Positions 10,298 to 19,369 of a stretch of 64,000 nt of DNA are shown one piece after another. The position numbers were made by a program, and so were the translations under genes. The notes under the pieces were generated by a model. It saw nothing but the letters and a program-made list of their open reading frames with translations, had not been told where the DNA came from and ran no database searches. This DNA comes from Oceanispirochaeta sp. GTDB lineage: Bacteria > Spirochaetota > Spirochaetia > DSM-2461. Position 1 is the stretch's first letter. Each line of letters begins with the position of its first letter. The stretch is from the NCBI GenBank assembly GCA_963666275.2, contig CAXXOA010000001.1:320001-384000 (forward strand). Reading direction: 5' to 3'.

Positions 10298-10707
10298 AAC
10301 TGAAAAAGTTTTTCACCCATAAAGCAGATGATCCCATGGGGGCGCTGAATGACCTCAGCTTCCTTCTGATTATCTATTTTCTCGTGATTGCCGGTTTCAA
10401 TACCAATCTGGGATTTCTTGTCAATCTGCCCTCCAGGGAGAAACCCCGGATTGTCCAGAAAGAGGATCTGCTCAAACTGTCTCTCTCCTCTTCGGGGGCA
10501 CTCTTTCTGGGGGATCTCATTCTGGATGAACAGGCCCTGGATGAGGCCATCCGGGAAAATCTGAAGGTGCATCCTAATCTTACGGTTGCCCTGATGATCG
10601 ATCCGGAGGTGCCCTATCAGAGATTTGTCGACACCCTGCATATCATCAGAATCAGAAAGGTGGAGAACTTCTCTTTTGTCATGGCAGATCAGGAAGGATC
10701 GGAATGA
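10294..10707 (+). CDS. exbD: ExbD/TolR family protein
   Basis: LNDLSFLLIIYFLV transmembrane segment with the conserved Asp; GTGA overlap with exbB. Confidence 0.85.
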   Translation: MKLKKFFTHKADDPMGALNDLSFLLIIYFLVIAGFNTNLGFLVNLPSREKPRIVQKEDLLKLSLSSSGALFLGDLILDEQALDEAIRENLKVHPNLTVALMIDPEVPYQRFVDTLHIIRIRKVENFSFVMADQEGSE

Positions 10708-11108
10708 TTGAGCTTAAAAGCAGAAGAAAACCGCCTCAGGCCCCTCTCTCCGCCATGTCGGATATAGGATTCCTCCTGCTCATATTCATAATGCTCCTGT
10801 CCCTGATCAACTACCGGAAAGAGGAGAAAATAGAATATCCCGAAGCCCGGCAGGTGGAGAGAACAGAAGCGGAACATCAGCTTGAAATCTGGATTACCCG
10901 GGACGGGACGGTTTCTGTGGATGGACATCCCGTGGATGCGGAAGGACTGGAGTTTCTCATTGCAGAAGGAGTGCAGGAACATCCGGATCTGAGGGTCCAT
11001 ATCCTGGCCGATCAGGGAACCCCCTACAGGCATATCAACAGCGTGGTACAGATCCTTCAGCTCCTGCAGCACCGGGTTGTCAGCTTTGTGGTAAAGGAGG
11101 ATCTGTAA
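10704..11108 (+). CDS. exbD: ExbD/TolR family protein (second copy)
   Basis: MSDIGFLLLIFIML and ADQGTPY motifs; ATGA overlap. Confidence 0.85.
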   Translation: MIELKSRRKPPQAPLSAMSDIGFLLLIFIMLLSLINYRKEEKIEYPEARQVERTEAEHQLEIWITRDGTVSVDGHPVDAEGLEFLIAEGVQEHPDLRVHILADQGTPYRHINSVVQILQLLQHRVVSFVVKEDL

Positions 11109-11725
11109 TGACTCTGCAAATGTCCGAAGCCTCATTCAACCGGATGCTCCGCTACGGAATTCTTACCGCCGCGGCCCTGGCCCATATTTTCCTTCTTCTC
11201 TATTTCAAGTTCAATCTGACTAGGGAATCCTCCGTCCCCGAACCGGAAGCGGAGGTAATCAAACTGGTGGATTTTCAGGAATATATTCCCCCGCCGCCTC
11301 CCAAACCCCAGCCGGAGCAGGAGGTTATTCAGGTCAGTGATCAGCCAGCCGTATCTGAAAGGATCATTGAAGTGGAAAAGGAGGTTGTAGAAGTGGAGGA
11401 GGCCCCGCCAGTCCCGGTAGAACCGGAGTATCTTCCACAGCATAAAATCTCCAAAACCCCTGAAATCCCTGTGGAGGAGATACTGGACAGGATCATCTAT
11501 CCTCCCATGGCACTCCGTCAGAACCTGGAGGCTGTTGTTTTTGTAGAACTCTATATCGATCAGACCGGTCTGGTCAGGCAGGTTGTTGTCCTCAAAGATC
11601 CGGGGAATGGATTTGCCGAAGCGGCAGTCCAGGCTCTGGAGGGACTGCAATGCGTACCCGCAGAAGCCAACGGAACTCCCGTGGCTGTCCGGTTCCGCTA
11701 TCCCATACGGTTTGTTCTGGAATGA
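11108..11725 (+). CDS. tonB: Energy transducer TonB
   Basis: N-terminal TM with His, Pro/Glu-rich linker, C-terminal YPPMA...PA.ANG.PV...PIRF. Confidence 0.9.
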   Translation: MTLQMSEASFNRMLRYGILTAAALAHIFLLLYFKFNLTRESSVPEPEAEVIKLVDFQEYIPPPPPKPQPEQEVIQVSDQPAVSERIIEVEKEVVEVEEAPPVPVEPEYLPQHKISKTPEIPVEEILDRIIYPPMALRQNLEAVVFVELYIDQTGLVRQVVVLKDPGNGFAEAAVQALEGLQCVPAEANGTPVAVRFRYPIRFVLE

Positions 11726-11760
11726 TGGAGGGCGGGGAATCTTTTCTTCATCTTCTTGAT

Positions 11761-11847
11761 AGGGACGGAGGAAGAGTGGATGCTGGCGGAAGAAGTGAGT
11801 ATGCTGGTGACAGGGAATGAAAGCTTTTTATAGAGGGACGGAGGAAG
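11761..11847 (+). repeat. Direct repeat AGGGACGGAGGAAG x2 downstream of the RAYT-like gene
   Basis: Identical 14-mers at 11761-11774 and 11834-11847. Confidence 0.7.
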
Positions 11848-11968
11848 GAAAAAAGGGAAATAAAGAGAAATAGGGGCGTGGAATTAGGGAAAATCCCCTT
11901 TTCATCTATAAAAAACCAGCATTTTCTATCATAGGTGCAAACTAAATAGGAGAGATGGGAACAAAAAA

Positions 11969-11992
11969 AGTCGCCGGATTAGTCGCCGGATT
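11969..11992 (+). repeat. Tandem 12-bp duplication
   Basis: AGTCGCCGGATT twice, head to tail. Confidence 0.8.
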
Positions 11993-12139
11993 GGAATTAT
12001 TCATTCAAAAGAGGAAAATAGGCATTTTCAGAGGGAAAATCATAAGAAATGGCTGTTTTCTGAATAAACCTGTCTCCTGAGATCAGAAATATATGATCTT
12101 AAGGTGAGAATATGCGGTTTATTATGGAGAGAATCTGCC

Positions 12140-12667
12140 TTAAATAATCAGTTTTACCCATTCATCAGGCGGATCCAGAAGCCGAAACCGCCCTTTTTTC
12201 AGTTCATATAGCCCGCCCCAGATATAATCTGCCGCGTTCTTGCATATTCCGGCTTTAACAGGGTTCTCTGATATGTAATGGAATGTATTCACCAACTGCC
12301 GGAATGTACTGATAATTTTACTTTTAAACCGGTCATACCAGACATGACCGGTTAATCCGAAGAGCTTGTTGAACCTTATGGCAAACACGCTCAACATCCA
12401 CTGCATCATAATGGAAAGGCTTATGCCTTTCTTTGGTTTTATGATAATATGGATGTGATTACTCATTATAGTATATTGAATTACTTTCTGATCGAACTTC
12501 TTTTCCGCATCCTCCATAACGCAGATAAACAGTTCTTTCACTTCATCCGTATACAGAATGAATTCCCCTCTGTTGGTTTTGGCTGTCACGTGATAGGTGG
12601 CGCCTTCCTGGATTATTCTTCTTTTTCTCATACCTGTCATACAGGAAAAATAGGGATGCTGCTTCAA
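12140..12667 (-). mobile_element. REP-associated tyrosine transposase (RAYT; Y1/HUH, IS200-like superfamily); true start may be 12640 or 12631
   Basis: YHVT..TN, IMSNHIH (HUH), GHVWYDRFKS and YISENPVKAG (catalytic Tyr plus the NP..AG RAYT signature). AT-richer than the flanking genes. Confidence 0.85.
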
Positions 12668-12681
12668 TTTTATTGGAATAA

Positions 12682-12692
12682 TCCTCCGTCCC
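12682..12692 (-). repeat. Inverted copy of GGGACGGAGGA upstream of the RAYT-like gene
   Basis: TCCTCCGTCCC is the reverse complement of 11762-11772 and 11835-11845. Confidence 0.65.
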
Positions 12693-12732
12693 CCTTTTCG
12701 GGGAAAAATATTCCTGTGTGCCCATGCATCAA

Positions 12733-13854
12733 TTAGTCCAGGCGTTTCCCTTTCATCCTCTCCCAGGCCGCGGTGGTGGTTATCAGTATAAAAACCCCCA
12801 GGGCTATGACCTGCCGGGGGAGTTCTGTCAGAGTGGCACCGCGGAGTACGATTCCCCGCATGAGCTCTATGAAGTGGGTTGCCGGAAGGAGCTGGGAGAG
12901 GATACGGGCAATCCGGGGCATTCCTTCATAGGGAAAGACGAATCCAGACAGGAGGATTGACGGGAGCAGGATGAATATTGTGACCTGTACCGCCTGGAAC
13001 TGGGTTCTGGCAAAAGAGGAGATCAGGAGCCCCATAGACAGGGTGGCGGTTATGAACATGATCACAGCACCGGCAATATCTATAAATCTGCCGTTTATGG
13101 GCAGCCGGAATACAAGGATTCCCAGGATAAATACCAGGAAGGTCTGGAACAGGCCGATTCCCACATAGGGTATCAGTTTTCCCAGGATAATCTCTCCAGC
13201 CGAGATGGGGGTGGTGATAAGCATTTCCATGCTGCCGTGTTCCCTCTCCCGTACAAGAGCTATGGCTGTAAAGAGGGTCAGTGTCATGGTCAGGATGATG
13301 CCCACCAGCCCAGGGATCACATCCACGGCGGTGCGCTGCTCCGGGTTATACAGAGGAATTATCTGTATACTCTGCTTTTCATGGGCTTCTGCATTAATAG
13401 CATGTTCAGTTTCAATGCCCCCAGCGGGAGTATAGAGGGGGTAGGCTGCGAGACTTTTCACGGCTCCTGTTACGATGCTGCTGCTCCCGTCAGCCAAAAT
13501 CTGAAATGCCGGGCGGCTGTCCTGCAGCCGGGATGTCAGGTCAGGGGGCAGAAGGATTCCCACTCTGACTCTGCCGCTGCGGATCAAATCCCCCAGTTCC
13601 CGGGGGGAGGCGGCCTGCACTGTGAGATCCAGGACCTGGGACTGTCTGATATCTTCCAGAATCAGCCTTGAAATCTGGGTTTCCGACTGGTCGCACCAGG
13701 CGGCGGGGATATGGCGGACATTGTAGTTTATGGCATAACCGAAAAGGAGCAGCTGCATCACGGGAATGCCGAATACCATTGCTGCGGTCAGCCGGTCCCG
13801 GCGGAGCTGCTTCAGCTCTTTTCGGATCATGGCATCAATTTTAGACCATCTCAT
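12733..13854 (-). CDS. ABC-2 type exporter permease (YbhR/S-like)
   Basis: KELKQLRRD, LLLFGYA, REREHGSME.L..TP and SILLSGF.FP motifs. Confidence 0.9.
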   Translation of the reverse strand: MRWSKIDAMIRKELKQLRRDRLTAAMVFGIPVMQLLLFGYAINYNVRHIPAAWCDQSETQISRLILEDIRQSQVLDLTVQAASPRELGDLIRSGRVRVGILLPPDLTSRLQDSRPAFQILADGSSSIVTGAVKSLAAYPLYTPAGGIETEHAINAEAHEKQSIQIIPLYNPEQRTAVDVIPGLVGIILTMTLTLFTAIALVREREHGSMEMLITTPISAGEIILGKLIPYVGIGLFQTFLVFILGILVFRLPINGRFIDIAGAVIMFITATLSMGLLISSFARTQFQAVQVTIFILLPSILLSGFVFPYEGMPRIARILSQLLPATHFIELMRGIVLRGATLTELPRQVIALGVFILITTTAAWERMKGKRLD

Positions 13855-14786
13855 CTGACTGTAGCCCTCACAAAGACATCTTCCAGATTGGGATAGGTCC
13901 GTTCCAGGGGGATCTCTTTCATAAAGGGAAAACTTTTTCGAAGCCAGGCGGACAGGTCCTTTTCCTCTGATTGAAGATCCTTATCCACCATTATTCTGAG
14001 ACTGTTTCCGATTTGGGTACATCCGGGAATATGGGGATCCGCAACCAGGGCTTCCCGCCATCTTATCAATTCTCTGGAAGAGCCTTTCATCAGGTACACC
14101 TCAGCATGAAGACTCTCCATCAGCCCTTCCGGTTCTCCTGTGGCACTCAGTTTTCCCTCCTGAAGGATCGCTATCCTGTGACAGCGTTCGGCTTCATCCA
14201 TATAGTGGGTAGAGACCAGGATGGACATGCCTCTCCCTATCAGTTCGAAAAGATACTCCCAGAACTCCCTGCGGCTTTCGGGATCCACAGCGCTGGTGGG
14301 TTCATCCAGGATCAGAAGATCCGGGTTATGTATGATGGAACCTGCCAGAGCCAGCCGCTGTTTCTGGCCGCCGCTCATGGTGCCTGCCAGCTGATCCTGT
14401 CTGTCCTCAAGGCGGAACAGAGTCAGAAGTTCTTTTATTCGGGACTGCCTGTCCCTGCGGGGGACACTCTGGATTTCCGCCAGGAACTGAAGGTTCTCCC
14501 GGACACTGAGGTCCTCATAGAGGGAGAACTTCTGGGTCATGTATCCCAGATGATTCTTCAGTTCCTCCGCCTTCTCGGGAATCGCATATCCCAGGGCTTC
14601 CACGTGACCCGAAGTAGGGGTGAGGAGTCCGCAGATGAGGCGGATCGTGGTGGATTTTCCGCTGCCGTTGGGCCCCAGAAACCCATATATCTCTCCCGGG
14701 GGTATCTTCATGGAGAGTTTGTCTACAGCTATAAGCTCACCGAATTTTCTGGTGAGCTCTTCTGTCCGGACGACCCAGTTCTTCAT
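13851..14786 (-). CDS. ABC transporter ATP-binding protein
   Basis: Walker A GPNGSGKST, signature MSGGQKQR, Walker B LILDEP, STHYMDE. Confidence 0.95.
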   Translation of the reverse strand: MKNWVVRTEELTRKFGELIAVDKLSMKIPPGEIYGFLGPNGSGKSTTIRLICGLLTPTSGHVEALGYAIPEKAEELKNHLGYMTQKFSLYEDLSVRENLQFLAEIQSVPRRDRQSRIKELLTLFRLEDRQDQLAGTMSGGQKQRLALAGSIIHNPDLLILDEPTSAVDPESRREFWEYLFELIGRGMSILVSTHYMDEAERCHRIAILQEGKLSATGEPEGLMESLHAEVYLMKGSSRELIRWREALVADPHIPGCTQIGNSLRIMVDKDLQSEEKDLSAWLRKSFPFMKEIPLERTYPNLEDVFVRATVR

Positions 14787-15766
14787 GGCTTTCCTTCCAG
14801 GGGGACTCTGACAGGAGTCCCCGGGGCAAGGTGTGCCGCGTCGGGGTCTCTGATATCAATGATCGCAAGATAGCTCAAATGGCCCCGGTCACTCTGGTTC
14901 AGGGCAAAATACGGTGTGTAGACGGGGGCAGAGGATAGGCGTCTGAGAGTTCCCTGAAAAGTTTTGTCATTGCCGTCTATCTGAAGGGGAAGTTCCATTC
15001 CTATTGTAACGCTGCTGATCTGCTCCTCGGGAATGTACACCCTGGCATAGGGGATCTCTCCTGTGAGAAGAACAGCCAGAGTTTGCCCGCTTAAGGGAGT
15101 GGCTCCCTTTTTCAGAGGGAGACTGTCGACGACTCCCTCTTCCGGTGCTTTCAAAGTCAGATCATCCAGAGCCAGAGCGGCAAGAGTTTCCCGGGCCTCC
15201 GCTGCTTCCAGGGCAGCTTCGGCCATTTTCAGATCTTCCGGGCGGCTCCCTTCTACAAGAAGGTTCAGGCGGGCTTTCAGTTCATTCCTGCTGCCCAGTG
15301 CCTGGATCCAGAGGGATTCGGCGGCATCTTTATCAGCGGTACTGCTAAAGTTCTGCTGGTTCAGTTTTTTAAGCCGCTCCAGATTCCGTTCCCTCTCTAT
15401 CAGGATTCCTTCGGCGGCCTCCAGGAGGGCTTTTACCTGGTTTATCTCCTCCGGGCGGGTGCCGTTGCGGACTTTTTCCAGAGCGGCTTCCGCATTCATC
15501 CTGTCGGCCCGGGCGGACTGAAGGTTTGCCTCACTGCGGGCTGTATCCAGCTGAAGGAGGATCTGCCCCTGACGGACCTGTTCACCTTCTGATACAAAAA
15601 TCTCACCAATCTGTTCCATCGCCTTTGCAGGGAGCTCTATCCGGTCTCTTTCCAGTATCCCCGATGCCAGAGGCATGGACTCTCTCTGACTCCGGATGAC
15701 AGTGAATGTGACAAGGCCTCCCAGCAATAATGGGATCAGTACGCGGGGTATCATTCTTCGATTCAT
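14783..15766 (-). CDS. HlyD family efflux membrane-fusion protein (start re-assigned to 15766)
   Basis: Lipoyl-like V.EGE.V..GQ.L, coiled-coil hairpin, LKAP..GVV. The ATG at 15766 overlaps the marR stop (ATGA) and has RBS GGAGG. Confidence 0.85.
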   Translation of the reverse strand: MNRRMIPRVLIPLLLGGLVTFTVIRSQRESMPLASGILERDRIELPAKAMEQIGEIFVSEGEQVRQGQILLQLDTARSEANLQSARADRMNAEAALEKVRNGTRPEEINQVKALLEAAEGILIERERNLERLKKLNQQNFSSTADKDAAESLWIQALGSRNELKARLNLLVEGSRPEDLKMAEAALEAAEARETLAALALDDLTLKAPEEGVVDSLPLKKGATPLSGQTLAVLLTGEIPYARVYIPEEQISSVTIGMELPLQIDGNDKTFQGTLRRLSSAPVYTPYFALNQSDRGHLSYLAIIDIRDPDAAHLAPGTPVRVPLEGKP

Positions 15767-16233
15767 GCATCCTCCGGAAGCTGTACAGGAGTCGGGGGAA
15801 TGGTGGAGTCTCCCAGAATTTCCGATTCCAGGCGGATCACAATTTGTTTCAGCATGTTCATGGTTTTTTCCAGTTCCGGGAGGGGGACATCTCTGGCTAC
15901 CATACGGAACCACTCTCTGTTCAGCTTCAGGATCTCCACAGACAGTTCCTGACCTTTCTGTGAAAGGGAAATATAGTTGGCTCTTCTGTCCCGGGGATCA
16001 TTCTCTTTCTGAACGTATTCCAGTTCCAGGAGTTTCCGGATGCTCCGGGTGGTCAGGGCAGGGTCCACCCGGAGCAGATGGCTGAGCTGTTTCTGTGTGA
16101 GTTTTTTATGCTGGATGATTTCAAGCATAAAGGGGAAGAGACTGCTTGTGAGGCCCAGGGGCTTCAGGTGCCTGTTCAGAAACTCCTGACGGGCTGTGAT
16201 CATTCGGTTGATCAGGTAGTTGATGTTCTCCAT
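15763..16233 (-). CDS. MarR family regulator (start re-assigned to 16233)
   Basis: TQKQLS..L.VD.A.TTR.I.KL, DPRDRRA and LSQKG motifs. The longer ORF-track start overlaps anSME and the promoter. Confidence 0.85.
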   Translation of the reverse strand: MENINYLINRMITARQEFLNRHLKPLGLTSSLFPFMLEIIQHKKLTQKQLSHLLRVDPALTTRSIRKLLELEYVQKENDPRDRRANYISLSQKGQELSVEILKLNREWFRMVARDVPLPELEKTMNMLKQIVIRLESEILGDSTIPPTPVQLPEDA

Positions 16234-16240
16234 AATTGTA

Positions 16241-16269
16241 ATCTTAGGATTAATCGATTGACGTGTCAA
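16241..16269 (-). promoter_or_regulatory. Sigma70 promoter (likely leaderless) with overlapping palindromic operator
   Basis: Minus strand TTGACA-N17-TAAGAT-N7-ATG; TTGAC-N2-GTCAA palindrome at 16258-16269. Confidence 0.7.
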
Positions 16270-16352
16270 ATGATAGATCAATTGATTTGTCAAATATATT
16301 GCAAAAGTATATTTTTTCTGATGAGGAATCCTGAAAAGATGGGTAAGAGCGT

Positions 16353-17621
16353 TTATTTCCCGTGACAGTTCTTGTACTTTTTCCCGCTCAGACAGGGACA
16401 AAGATCATTACGGGAAAGCGTTCCTGCCACTTCGGGGGGAATTGTAAAAAATCTTTTGTACAGTGAGGCATGCTGCCGCTGCTGCAGGGCCCGGGCCATA
16501 GCGGCATAGACAGGCATGGTTGTCTTGTAATAGTATTTATACCCCTCGCAGAGCCAGTTGAGCTTTCCGGTGGGTTTCTGCACAAGGCGGTTTTTGGGGC
16601 AGCCTCCGTAACAGAGTCCCAGGTAGGGACAGTTTCTGCATTCCCCGGGCAGGGTTTCGAACTTGTCCTTTCCGAACCGAATCTGCTTTTCGCTTCCCGC
16701 CATATCTGCCAGAGGGGTTGAAATATTTCCCAGAAAGTTTTCGGGAGTGACAAAATGGTCGCAGCTGTAAACGTTCCCGTTGTGTTCAATGGCCAGGGCC
16801 TTTCCGCAGTATCTGCTATGGACACACAGAGAGGCTGGCTGCCCCATGTACTGCCCCAGGGTCAGGTCGAAGTGCTGGACAAAGACCCTTCCGATATCTT
16901 CTCTCAGCCATCTCTGGAACACGGCAACAAGGAACTTTCCCCACTGCAGGGGAGACACGGATCGTTCCCCGGCAATTCTGCTGCCTTCCCCGTAGTGGGG
17001 CTCCACAATGGGGATGAACTGGATATAGCCGGAGCCGCTCTCTTTAAGAAACTCATAGACTTCCACGGGATGGAAGGAGTTGTCATTCTGCACCACCGTA
17101 AGGGTGTTGAAATCCACATTGTGCTTTTTGAGATTCTCCATCCCCGCCATAACCCGGGAGAAGCTTCCTTTTCCGCTCCGGTCCAGACGGTATTTGTTGT
17201 GGAGCTTTTCCGGTCCGTCCACACTGATTCCCACAAGAAAGTTATTCTCTTTGAAAAATTTTGCCATCTCATCGGTGATCAGGGTTCCGTTGGTCTGAAT
17301 GCTGTTCCGGATTGTTATATTGCGGGAGTTATGCTTTTTCTGCAATCGCAGAACATCCCTGAAAAAATCTATGCCCAGCAGGGTCGGTTCTCCTCCCTGC
17401 CAGCCGAATACCACCTCGGGAGTTCCCTCCGGCTGGGTCTGGATATACTCCCGGATATAGTCTTCTCTCACCCGGGGAGACATGATGAACTCTTTTTTTC
17501 TGTCGTGGGGGAAGAGCTGTTCCTTTGTCAGATAGAAACAGTAGGCGCAGTGGAGATTGCAGAGAGGACCTATGGGTTTTGTGATCATATTAAAGGGATA
17601 ATCAGTCTGTTTTGTCTGCAT
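16353..17621 (-). CDS. Anaerobic sulfatase maturase (radical SAM/SPASM) with C-terminal SEC-C motif
   Basis: CNLHCAYC, WQGGEPTL, YSCDH, CRNC..LGLCYGGCPK and RNDLCPCLSGKKYKNCHG motifs. Confidence 0.92.
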   Translation of the reverse strand: MQTKQTDYPFNMITKPIGPLCNLHCAYCFYLTKEQLFPHDRKKEFIMSPRVREDYIREYIQTQPEGTPEVVFGWQGGEPTLLGIDFFRDVLRLQKKHNSRNITIRNSIQTNGTLITDEMAKFFKENNFLVGISVDGPEKLHNKYRLDRSGKGSFSRVMAGMENLKKHNVDFNTLTVVQNDNSFHPVEVYEFLKESGSGYIQFIPIVEPHYGEGSRIAGERSVSPLQWGKFLVAVFQRWLREDIGRVFVQHFDLTLGQYMGQPASLCVHSRYCGKALAIEHNGNVYSCDHFVTPENFLGNISTPLADMAGSEKQIRFGKDKFETLPGECRNCPYLGLCYGGCPKNRLVQKPTGKLNWLCEGYKYYYKTTMPVYAAMARALQQRQHASLYKRFFTIPPEVAGTLSRNDLCPCLSGKKYKNCHGK

Positions 17622-17727
17622 GGGGCCCTCCCTTGGCAGCAGTATTGTAGGGGAAGTTTACCGGAATAGTCAAACAGCTGCAGGCAGGATAGGAAAATCC
17701 TGTTGAAAAAAGCAGATCAGGAGAGTG

Positions 17728-17769
17728 AAAAACCTTATCCCCTTAACCAGAGAGCCACAGGGGATAAGG
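17728..17769 (-). terminator. Hairpin/terminator after the sulfatase gene
   Basis: CCTTATCCCCT...AGGGGATAAGG stem with a minus-strand U-tract. Confidence 0.55.
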
Positions 17770-17839
17770 CGGTCATAATTTTATACAGATTTCATCCGGA
17801 GATGACCGGTAAAATTCATTTTTTAAATAAAAAGTCTGA

Positions 17840-19357
17840 TTAAAGTGCAAACCGTTCAAACATCTCTACAGGAGCATCATGATCTTTCATGATTTCCGAC
17901 AGGCGATTAAGCAGCCGCTCTTCCACCTGGGGATTGCTGATCGGGTTGGATTCGGTCGGATCATTAAGCAGATCAAACAGTCTTGTCTCCATATCCTGAA
18001 ATCCCTGAGCATCGTGGTTGGGAACCCTCTTCGAGTCATCCCGGCCCTTGATCTTCATCACAGGCATGCCCTTGGTGAAATTGAATCCCTGGTGCAGTTC
18101 GGTATTCCTCATCTCTTTTACGCTGAACTGTCCCCGCATATGGCAGGGATGGATTCTATATTCATAGAGCCCGGTGCTGTCCAGGTGTTTCGGAGTGTAG
18201 TGATAGGCGTAACGGCCGTCGGTTATCAGAACCTGACCGCCCAAAACTCCGGTACACACAACTCGTTCATTGTCGCTGTCTTCCTTCATAAGCGGCATTA
18301 GAGACCGGCCCTGAACCTCTTCGGGGATTTCGCAACCGTACCATTCCAGTATTGTAGGCATCAGATCAATCACTGAAGTGGTGGCAGTTCTTCTCTGTCC
18401 TGCCAGATTATTATAGTCCGGATGGTAAACCATAAGAGGAATATGGGATATCTCCTGATAATTGGGCATAATAACCTTGGCCCACCAGTCATGCTCACTC
18501 AGCAGAAAGCCATGGTCCGTAGACACGATGAGGGCTGTATCCTTCCACAGGTCCTCTTCATCCATCCTGTCCAGCAGGCGTCCCAGCTGATCGTCACAGT
18601 AGGCCACCAGAGCTGAATAGTTCCGCCTTATGTAGTCAATCTCTTCAGGACTTTCTACTGGATGGGAGTAGTTGGGCCAGTTCATGACAGTTTCTTTGTG
18701 CAGATGGAAGGCTTCCTTGTATTCCGGGGGAACATCAAAGGGCTCATGGGGATCAAAGCACTCCAGCTGGAAAAACCAGTTATCCGCACTGCGGTTGATA
18801 TCGAGGAATTCCAGAGCCGAATCGAAACAGCGGGTCATGGGAAAATCCTCATTACTTTTCATCCGGAAGCATTTATTTTTGGCATACTGCAGTTTGTGAC
18901 CGCTCCGGGCACCGTCTTCAAAGTTGAACTGCCGGGGATCGTACTGCCTTTTCAGAGCTTCCATATCGGGCTGTACATAGGGAATCCAGGGATCGTACTC
19001 CTGGCCTCTGTGAAATTCCCAGGTATTGAAGTTGCTGCAGTAGTTGGCACCGCCGTCTTCAAAGTAGTGGACATGGTCGGTCACTATATGGCTGGAGGTA
19101 TTTTTTTCATCCCTCAGGATCCGGGGCAGAGAGTTGTCATAGGGCTCCATAGGACCCCAGGAGCTGTGGAAAAAGTTGTACCTTCCGGTCTGCTGGTCCC
19201 GTCTGGCAGGCATACAGGGCATACTGCCGGCGTAGTGGTTCTCAAAGGTCACCGACTTTTTCTGGAGTCTGTCGAAGTTGGGAGTCCGCAGAGAACCGCC
19301 GTAGGCGCTCAGAGCTTTTCTGTTTAATGAATCAAATAGGAGAAATATAGTTTTCAT
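17840..19357 (-). CDS. Cys-type sulfatase
   Basis: DSLN, formylglycine motif CMPAR..QTG, DPHEPF, STDHG. No signal peptide. Confidence 0.9.
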   Translation of the reverse strand: MKTIFLLFDSLNRKALSAYGGSLRTPNFDRLQKKSVTFENHYAGSMPCMPARRDQQTGRYNFFHSSWGPMEPYDNSLPRILRDEKNTSSHIVTDHVHYFEDGGANYCSNFNTWEFHRGQEYDPWIPYVQPDMEALKRQYDPRQFNFEDGARSGHKLQYAKNKCFRMKSNEDFPMTRCFDSALEFLDINRSADNWFFQLECFDPHEPFDVPPEYKEAFHLHKETVMNWPNYSHPVESPEEIDYIRRNYSALVAYCDDQLGRLLDRMDEEDLWKDTALIVSTDHGFLLSEHDWWAKVIMPNYQEISHIPLMVYHPDYNNLAGQRRTATTSVIDLMPTILEWYGCEIPEEVQGRSLMPLMKEDSDNERVVCTGVLGGQVLITDGRYAYHYTPKHLDSTGLYEYRIHPCHMRGQFSVKEMRNTELHQGFNFTKGMPVMKIKGRDDSKRVPNHDAQGFQDMETRLFDLLNDPTESNPISNPQVEERLLNRLSEIMKDHDAPVEMFERFAL

Positions 19358-19369
19358 CTGATGTTTTCC

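Noticed and set aside
11226..11239. AATCCTCCGTCCCC inside tonB, identical to 12680-12693
   Set aside because: It lies in intact coding sequence (RESSVPE), so I cannot distinguish it from chance; not counted as an element end.
11761..11847. Two 14-bp repeats 73 bp apart as a mini-CRISPR
   Set aside because: The repeat is too short, there are only two copies, and there are no cas genes.
12140..12667. IS200/IS605 element with TnpB or IscB
   Set aside because: No adjacent nuclease ORF and no subterminal hairpins seen; the NPVKAG motif fits RAYT better than IS200 TnpA.
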